From a bacterium (GTDB lineage Bacteria > Bacteroidota > Ignavibacteria > UBA10030), in contig JAZDJN010000016.1 in the NCBI GenBank assembly GCA_043803945.1, positions 192,001-256,000 of the forward strand: 64,000 nt of DNA. Direction: 5' to 3'. A program made the position numbers and the translations under genes. The notes beneath the pieces were generated by a model that saw nothing but the letters and a program-made list of their open reading frames with translations, did not search any database and was not told the DNA's origin. Positions within the stretch are counted from its first letter, which is position 1, and each line of letters opens with the position of its first letter. Below, piece after piece: positions 57,391 through 64,000 of this stretch.

Positions 57391-57537
57391 TTTTTAACCA
57401 CTGATGACACACTGATAATCACTGAGAAAAGGAAGTAGTTTGAAATCTTGTCCAAAGAAAGAACAAATAAAATCCTTATCTGTGTTCACCCCATTAAACG
57501 GGGTAAATCGGTGTGTCATCCGTGGAGAACTTACTGA
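57391..57537 (+). repeat. MITE/REP-like element, copy 2, with a nested mini-hairpin
   Basis: CCACTGATGACACAC (57398-57412) and GTGTGTCATCCGTGG (57511-57525); homologous to 11883-12007; extra ACCCC-attaaac-GGGGT at 57488-57504. Confidence 0.85.
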
Positions 57538-57569
57538 TGAAGAATTTAAGAAGCTGCTATAACATTCGC

Positions 57570-58241
57570 GTGATCACCAAACTTCCCCCTTTCTTTTATC
57601 TTCGAGATACCGTGCAAGTGGCTCGAGAGCTTCTTGGGAAACGGTTGGTACGAATTATCAACGGTAGTCGATTAGTCGGAATAATCGTTGAGACCGAAGC
57701 GTATTGTGAAGGAGACGCAGCTTCCCACTCATTCCGCGGCAGAACAAAACGAAATGACGTTATGTTCTGGAGAGGAGGCCACCTCTATGTTTACTTCACT
57801 TACGGAATGCACTTCTGCGCTAATGTTGTAACGAGAGAAGAAGGGGCAGGCGAAGCGGTGCTGATTCGTGCTATCGAACCCACGGAGGGGATTGAGAGGA
57901 TGATGAGGAATAGAGGGATGAATGAGAGAGGGGGAGAGAGGGAGAATGGGAGAGAGGGTGAGAGTAAGAGTGTGAGAGGGAGAGAGAGTAAGAGTGGAAG
58001 AGAGTATGAGAGTAAGAAACAACTTTTCAATCTAACGAATGGGCCGGCGAAGTTGTGCCAGGCATTTGGCATTGGGAGAGAAGAGAATGGAACGGATTTA
58101 TCGGGTAATGAGATCTATATAGTAGATGTCCAAAGCGAGAGACGACTAACGATCAGCTCTTCAACGAGGGTAGGTATTAAAAATGGGAAGGGAAAAAAAT
58201 GGAGATATTATGTGAAGGGTAACGATTGGGTATCAACTTGA
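57570..58241 (+). CDS. mpg: DNA-3-methyladenine glycosylase (MPG/AAG family)
   Basis: ARELLGK, IVETEAY, YVYFTYGMH, AVLIRA.EP, LTNGPAKLCQA, RVGI; GTG at 57570 (the track start at 57513 lies inside the repeat). Confidence 0.93.
   Translation: MITKLPPFFYLRDTVQVARELLGKRLVRIINGSRLVGIIVETEAYCEGDAASHSFRGRTKRNDVMFWRGGHLYVYFTYGMHFCANVVTREEGAGEAVLIRAIEPTEGIERMMRNRGMNERGGERENGREGESKSVRGRESKSGREYESKKQLFNLTNGPAKLCQAFGIGREENGTDLSGNEIYIVDVQSERRLTISSSTRVGIKNGKGKKWRYYVKGNDWVST
57920..58015 (+). repeat. Twelve degenerate purine-rich octamers, in frame within mpg
   Basis: gaatgaga gaggggga gagaggga gaatggga gagagggt gagagtaa gagtgtga gagggaga gagagtaa gagtggaa gagagtat gagagtaa. Confidence 0.8.
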
Positions 58242-58295
58242 ACTTTCGATTTCATGAAAGACCAGGGCTGGTGAATGCGTATGAAAATAATCTTC

Positions 58296-58520
58296 TTATG
58301 ACACCCGCTTTAATGCTTGAAGCGGCGCATCAAGTTCTAAACGCAGCAAAGATCTCATTTGGATTTTCCGTGAAGCATTGAGAATTTCAATACCCACGAT
58401 CTTATTCGTTTTTGTTGTATCAAGATTCACACCATCTGTAATCTCTACAACTCCATCGGGGCGACTCTTCGAGAGTTCAATATATACTGAATCGGTCTCT
58501 TTGTCATAATATACTTTCAT
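58296..58520 (-). CDS. DUF2283 family protein
   Basis: MKVYYDKETDSVYIEL...EITDGVNLD....IVGIEILNAS. Confidence 0.88.
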   Translation of the reverse strand: MKVYYDKETDSVYIELSKSRPDGVVEITDGVNLDTTKTNKIVGIEILNASRKIQMRSLLRLELDAPLQALKRVS

Positions 58521-58565
58521 TCTATTATTCCCTTCTTTAGAGGATATGCAGTCACCACGATATCA
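58517..58565 (-). pseudogene. C-terminal remnant of a DUF4258/BrnT-like partner gene
   Basis: Frame ...DIVVTAYPLKKGIIE* whose TGA overlaps the DUF2283 ATG (ATGA). No ATG occurs upstream in this frame before a TAG inside the hairpin cluster. Confidence 0.5.
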
Positions 58566-58648
58566 AGGTAGTTAAGGTCAGGACGATCTACAATAGAGGC
58601 GTGAAGGTTTTTCCATAAAGGTAATCCCTGGGTATCCAGATGAAGGAA

Positions 58649-58803
58649 GAAGTCCGACTTCGAAATAATAGAAGTCTGTCTTCTTACGCAGATCTAGCGA
58701 AGATTAGAAGACAGACTTCTACGAAAAGGCAGGCCTAAAAGTCCGTCTTCTTACCGAGATTAAGCATGGATCAGAAGACGGACTTTTATATACAGACTTC
58801 TAC
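58649..58803. repeat. REP/REPIN-like cluster: two 16-bp perfect hairpins with 21-nt loops plus partial units
   Basis: TAGAAGTCTGTCTTCT (58669-84) / AGAAGACAGACTTCTA (58706-21); TAAAAGTCCGTCTTCT (58736-51) / AGAAGACGGACTTTTA (58773-88); GAAGTCCGACTTC at 58649; ACAGACTTCTAC at 58792. Confidence 0.85.
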
Positions 58804-58825
58804 AACGATATTTAAAAAAACAATC

Positions 58826-61800
58826 TCACTTTAATAGCAACATACGTTTCGTGTCAATATACTTACCAGCCTGCATGCGATAGATATAGATACCGCTCGG
58901 TAGATTTCGAGTATCGAATCTTACGCTATGCCTGCCCGGCCCCTTCTGTTCGTTGACCAGCATCCCAACCTGCTCTCCGATAAGATTAAAGATCCTCAGC
59001 GTCACATATTCCGAGGAAGGTAAATTGTATTCAATCGTTGTTGATGGATTGAAGGGATTGGGGTAGTTCGAGAGTTTGAATTCAGATGGAACGTTCGAGA
59101 GTTCTTCTCTCATTTTTTCGAGTACGAGATCCGATGTTGCTCCTTGAGAGGCAATAAGAAATTGCGGATTGGCTTGAACTATATAAATCGGGCCATCATC
59201 AAGAGCAACTGCACCCTTCGATTGATTGGGCAGGACATTGATTCGATAGCTTGCAGTTCCTTTATTTCCACAAGGATCGATAACGGCAAGATTGACCGTA
59301 TAAACGCGCCCATTCCCCCCTCCCATCCGTTCCGCTCGAACCTGAATGGATCTGCAATCTTGAGCAATCACAATATCATTATATGTATTTCCATCATCAT
59401 CACCAGGCGCATCTTCCAATTCATCACTTGATGCAGAAACAATCTGAACATCTGAAACAGGAATCTCACCGGCGCATGCATCATTTACCGACCTTACCAT
59501 TGCACTTAGATTGAAGGAGATGTACTTATGATTGGGTGGCGATAAGTATGCAGGAGAGGCAACGGTGATGATTGGCGGTTTTGCATCGACTATGTTTATG
59601 ACCACTTGATCTGTGCTCGTTCCACCATGACCATCATTCACTGTTAAAGTAATGAGATGAGAACCGCAAGGTAAGGTCACAATAGGTGTAGGACCTGTTA
59701 CGGTGCCAAATGGTCCTGTCCACGTAAAGGTTAGTTCATCACCATCAGGATCGCTTGAAGCCGAGGCATTAAGTTGCACTGGTGTGCTTGTAGTGGAGAT
59801 GCATTCAATCGTTTGATCAAGTCCAGCATCGGCAATCGGTGGGTGATTGATTGGAGGCAGGCTCGCAATACTTACATTGTCGAAAGATATTCGATCGTCG
59901 GCACCCAAGAATCCCACACCCCCGCCGGTGAGTGCATTTGCGATAACGGTCAAATCTACCAATAAAGTCTCAACACCGCCCACTTCATTGAAGTAGGCCA
60001 AGATCCTGTTTCCACGAATCGAGATCTTTATATGATAGTCTATTCCCACAGCAATTGTCCTGTTACCTGTTGCCAGATTGGAACCCGAGTTCCCATCGTT
60101 GTAGTAGTGTCTCAAATACCAGCTACCGTTGCGCCCCTGAAAATCGAGATAGTAGGTGTTTAGCATGATGTTGTTACCGGGGGCTCTTTTGACACTACTC
60201 AGATAGAAGGCAACCCTGAGACCGTTGTAGCCGTCTTCCAATGACTGCTCAACCCTCATATCTGCTTCAATCACATAGTTATTCCATGTCGGGCTTCCGC
60301 ATGCAATAACATTGTTTTGCTGGTCGTGAGTAATCAGTTCTGCTCTTCCATTGGATAACGTTGGAGTAACTGCCGGCCCGTACAAACCGGTGCTGAATCC
60401 ATCGTACCCCCAGCCGTCCAGGTTGCCATCGCTAAAGGTTTCATAGAACGGCAAAGGGATAACCGATCCATCATCTACTACATTTATTGTCACTTGGTCT
60501 GAGTTCAAGCCTCCCAATCCATCTGAGACTGTGAGAGTTACGACATTGTTCCCGACTGGCATCTGTACTATCGGATTGGATCCAGTTGCAGTCCCAAATG
60601 GCCCACTCCATAAGTATGAAAGAGGATGACCATCTGGATCGGTGGATAAGCTTCCATCCAACGTGACAAGAGTAGTGCTGCAGATTGTTTGTGCCTTAAC
60701 CACTTGATCGGAGCCAGCGTTTGCAATTGGTGAGTTGTTGCCTGATGTAAGGTTCTTATAGATTGTAATTGTACTGCTTGTATGATTAGCGATCACAATA
60801 TCCGGTTTACCGTCGTTATCGAGATCTGCGAACTCAACAGAATGCGGTAAACTTCCAGCAGGTATCGACTGAGCAGGTTCAAATGAATTTTCATTCAAGC
60901 CAGGAGAAGTAATTACATTCCTCAAGATCGAAATATTATCTCCCCCTTGATTTGCACTTGCAATATCTACCCTTCCATCTCCATCTAAATCTGCTGCTGC
61001 TATCCAGCGTGCTACTGGAGAAACAGGAAAGTCAACCTTTGGGGCAATTGTGAAAGAACCAACAGTCGATAAATTTCTAAAAACAGACACCGAAGCTGAA
61101 TAATCGTTTGAAGTGATGATATCGATCAGACTATCTTTGTCAACATCGCATACTTTTGGATAATTGACACCCTTAGCCGCTTCAATATCTATGCGTGTTT
61201 CAAATAAAATATCATGGCCGGTGCTTGTATTTCGTAGAAGAGAAATTGTACTTGAATAAACATTTGTTGTAATGATATCAGGTTTTGAATCGTTGTCAAT
61301 ATCTGCCGTTGTTACAAAAGTGGGACCATTGCCTGTTAAAAGGCTAATGCGTTGTGAGAATGATGATTCAGTCAGCGAACCTAGTGTGGATTGGTTAACG
61401 AACACCATAACTGAATTACCAACAGTCCAAACTCCCCACTCTGAATACTGAGTGACAATAATTTCAGGCTTTCCATCTGAATTTAGGTCTTAAATTGTAA
61501 CACCCCAGGGACCCATTGGAGTAAAAAGGTCTATTCTAGATTCAAATGAATTTACAGTAATAGCACCTGGTGAGCTAATATTCCTATATATAGAAACCGA
61601 TCGCCCTCCACAATTTGTTTGCACAATATCCAGTTTTCCGTCTCCGTCGAGATCACCGACAGCAACAGCCGTAACGGTATGTGTACTTCCGGCAATAGGC
61701 AAATCAACAGATGGGGCGAATGAATTTGCAGAAAGAGGCGCTGATCCTGGTAGTATAATATTACGGTAGATACCAACACTATTGGATGCTACCTTCGGCA

Positions 61801-61951
61801 CAACCAGATCAAGCATCCCATCTCGATCGATATCAGCTACTACCATGCCGTACGGATTTGAGGCATTATAAATATCCGACCTGGGACCAACTATGATCTG
61901 AGCGGATATCACAAATGGAATGAGAATAAGCAATAATAGACCTCTAATCAT
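58826..61951 (-). pseudogene. T9SS-secreted FG-GAP/VCBS + PKD + lectin-like protein interrupted by one in-frame TAA (61490-61492)
   Basis: RBS AGGAGG and signal peptide; about seven DxDxDGxxD repeats; two PKD-like repeats; C-terminal NYPNPFNPST...YIYR...KRMLLLK; the two track ORFs are in the same frame. Confidence 0.8.
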
Positions 61952-61997
61952 AAATCCTCCTAATTGTTAAAAATGTGGATTACAACTTTGACTTATG

Positions 61998-62053
61998 GCA
62001 TTTTATCCTCCGTGCTGAAAAAAAACCGCCACAAAAAAATATTATGAGGCGGT
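61998..62053 (-). terminator. Possible terminator between the anti-sigma gene and the secreted-protein gene
   Basis: ACCGCC...GGCGGT followed by a T run on the minus strand; short stem, long loop. Confidence 0.35.
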
Positions 62054-62081
62054 ATTCAAAAAGAATTATGAGGCTCATGGA

Positions 62082-63497
62082 TCAATGCCTAATCATCGTT
62101 GCTTCTTCTATCCATTGTTTCCCATCCCAGTATCGAACCTTATTTTGCAAAAACCTCAAATAGGTGTCATCCAATATAGTGGAGAACACGCCCTCCTCAT
62201 TTCGTTGTTTAAAATATACTGCTGCTACATCTGTTTTTCTAATATTCAGAAGGGAAAGGTCATTTCTCGAAAAGGAATAATTGAATATACATGATCTGTT
62301 CTCATTTGATAATGAATAAGTTAATGTAGAATCATCATATGGCTTCCCATCGAATCTAGGTTTTGTTTTCATTTTTTCGTCTATAGGAGATCTAAGCACT
62401 TTAATGTAATATATTTCAGGAGATGGCATTTGTGTATTGAATCCTGGAGTAACCATGGAAGAACTCTTTCCAATTAATCTTGAGGGATCTATTATCGCAA
62501 TTGATGCTTCACCCAGATCGTGCTCTCCTCGGTATGAACCCGATAAGGCGATCCTTTTCTTCGCCGGACTTACTACCGATACTGTTTCAGCAAAAAGAAA
62601 GTGTCCGAAATGCCAGTATGCGCCAATTACTTCTAATTTCTCATTGAGTTTGAGCAGAACAAAAGGAGAATAAAAGTTACCCAATCCAACGTACAATTCT
62701 GGTATTTTATTCTCATCAAAATCCCCTGTAAGGAGAAATTTGCAGATGAATACGTTCGGATAATCTTCTCGTTTATATGATACATTCTTACCTAAATCAC
62801 GACTAAATAGCGAATCACCATCCGGTGAATATATTCTTATCAGGCTTGTTCTTGTCCAATCATCAGGATCAACCGGAAAGAATGTCACCAGTTCATTTCT
62901 CCCATCGTTGTTTAGGTCGATCAAAGTAGTAAACATTTTCGCTGAAACTTCATAAGTCGGCCGATCACACCAGTAGGGTATCGTCCACAATTGCTGCCGT
63001 GCACTATTATACACAGCAATCGAATGTAGGGAATCTATATAATCATAACGAACTGGATTTCTATCACTAATTCGATCATTCTCATAATTATTCCTAGGGA
63101 AGAAAAGAAAGAGCATAAAGGCGATCGATAAAAGACCTACTCCACCAACCCTTATCGGCACTGAATATTTCTTCATATAGTACCTGAACTTCTCAATTCC
63201 TCTTAATGGCTCGTAATAGACCTGTGTATATTCTTCAGGTTTACGTGAGAGATATTGTACTGCTCTTCTTATCAATGCACGCTCGGGCTTAGCACCGAGT
63301 TTCGGATTTTCATCTAACTCTTTATGAGTTGTCATATAGAATTCCTTCATCTCTAGAAAGAGCTGTTGGCAGCCCGGACACAAATCGAGATGTGCTTCGA
63401 TCTCCCTTGCCCGCTTAAGCACTTGCTCATCACCCAAAAGAAAAAGCTCTAATGTATGTTCATCGATGTGTCTCATTTCACCTGATATTTCTTTCAT
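62082..63497 (-). CDS. Membrane anti-sigma-like protein: ZAS/zf-HC2 motif, one TM helix, extracytoplasmic FG-GAP-like domain
   Basis: H10-x25-H36-x3-C40-x2-C43; TM VGGVGLLSIAFMLFLFF; DLNNDGRNELV and GDFDENKIPELYVG repeats. Confidence 0.75.
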   Translation of the reverse strand: MKEISGEMRHIDEHTLELFLLGDEQVLKRAREIEAHLDLCPGCQQLFLEMKEFYMTTHKELDENPKLGAKPERALIRRAVQYLSRKPEEYTQVYYEPLRGIEKFRYYMKKYSVPIRVGGVGLLSIAFMLFLFFPRNNYENDRISDRNPVRYDYIDSLHSIAVYNSARQQLWTIPYWCDRPTYEVSAKMFTTLIDLNNDGRNELVTFFPVDPDDWTRTSLIRIYSPDGDSLFSRDLGKNVSYKREDYPNVFICKFLLTGDFDENKIPELYVGLGNFYSPFVLLKLNEKLEVIGAYWHFGHFLFAETVSVVSPAKKRIALSGSYRGEHDLGEASIAIIDPSRLIGKSSSMVTPGFNTQMPSPEIYYIKVLRSPIDEKMKTKPRFDGKPYDDSTLTYSLSNENRSCIFNYSFSRNDLSLLNIRKTDVAAVYFKQRNEEGVFSTILDDTYLRFLQNKVRYWDGKQWIEEATMIRH

Positions 63498-64000
63498 CTA
63501 ATCGCCACTGCTGAAAATGTTTCTTAATCGCTCTTCCACGCATCGACCAAGGTATTCCAAAATATTCTTATGCTTCCTCGAATATTCTTCTTTCGTTAAT
63601 CCCTCAATGTGCCGCTGTAACTCCCTTTGATAACTGAAGCCCTCTCCATTCTGAAAGATAAGCACTGCATGCAAACGCCTTTCGATAACTGTAAAGTATG
63701 ATTCGTACACCTCGGTACATACTTTACGCTTGCCAACGTATTTAATGGCCATCTTCTCTCGTACATGTTTACATGCTTCCCGAATCAGAAGGCGTATATC
63801 TTCCTCCATAAGGGTTTCTTCAACTTCAGGCCGCTGAATGTCGGAAATCGCAGGAGAGCCAAAGACCGATCTGAATACCTTTGCAACCATGATGATCGGC
63901 AATGATCGGGAGTATGTATTTTGTTCGCGTATTATTCGTGAGAGTGTTGAAAGGAGTGAAGGGATGATATTTGTTTCATCCCCAGTTGCCCGCATATCCA
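63498..64000 (-). CDS. Hypothetical helical protein, 5'-truncated by the window; putative partner of the anti-sigma
   Basis: Frame is open to the window edge; TAG stop directly abuts the anti-sigma ATG. Confidence 0.65.
   Translation of the reverse strand, partial: DMRATGDETNIIPSLLSTLSRIIREQNTYSRSLPIIMVAKVFRSVFGSPAISDIQRPEVEETLMEEDIRLLIREACKHVREKMAIKYVGKRKVCTEVYESYFTVIERRLHAVLIFQNGEGFSYQRELQRHIEGLTKEEYSRKHKNILEYLGRCVEERLRNIFSSGD

Noticed and set aside
58649-58803. Regularly spaced palindromic units resembling a mini-CRISPR
   Set aside because: Units alternate in orientation, only two full periods exist, and there are no cas genes; REP-like fits better.
61490-61492. Selenocysteine/pyrrolysine recoding or an alternative genetic code
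   Set aside because: The codon is TAA, which terminates many normal genes in this window.

Overview
Mostly core chromosome of an FCB-group bacterium, most likely Ignavibacteria or a Chlorobi relative. Evidence: a short primary-type sigma70 without region 1.1, an RNase P RNA with no P18, a T9SS C-terminal sorting domain, and canonical TTGNNN-N17-TANNNT promoters. Housekeeping content includes kdsA/C/D-lptC-OstA-like, ispE, lepA-lepB-lepB-hemW, parAB, def-fmt, deoB, hisS, lgt, rlmB, purD, guaB, meaB, nif3-Zn-ribbon-RNase HI-rnpB-recJ-ruvCAB and mpg. The last ~5.7 kb is an accessory, more AT-rich segment. It holds an orphan DUF2283 gene, a REPIN-like hairpin cluster, a large T9SS-secreted FG-GAP/PKD/lectin protein broken by one in-frame TAA, and a zinc anti-sigma gene with a translationally coupled upstream partner of no recognised family. 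Best leads: (1) the anti-sigma/partner/secreted-protein module; (2) a 64-aa protein resembling a zinc-binding bL38/DUF4295 ribosomal protein; (3) a candidate ECF-promoter-driven sRNA with an anti-Shine-Dalgarno motif; (4) a promoter-leader-terminator unit abutting the nif3 operon; (5) two copies of a ~125-147 bp MITE-like element; (6) a TMEM260/DUF2723 glycosylation locus. No tRNA, rRNA, CRISPR array or intact transposase was seen. All family calls come from motif recognition by eye, not from database searches.
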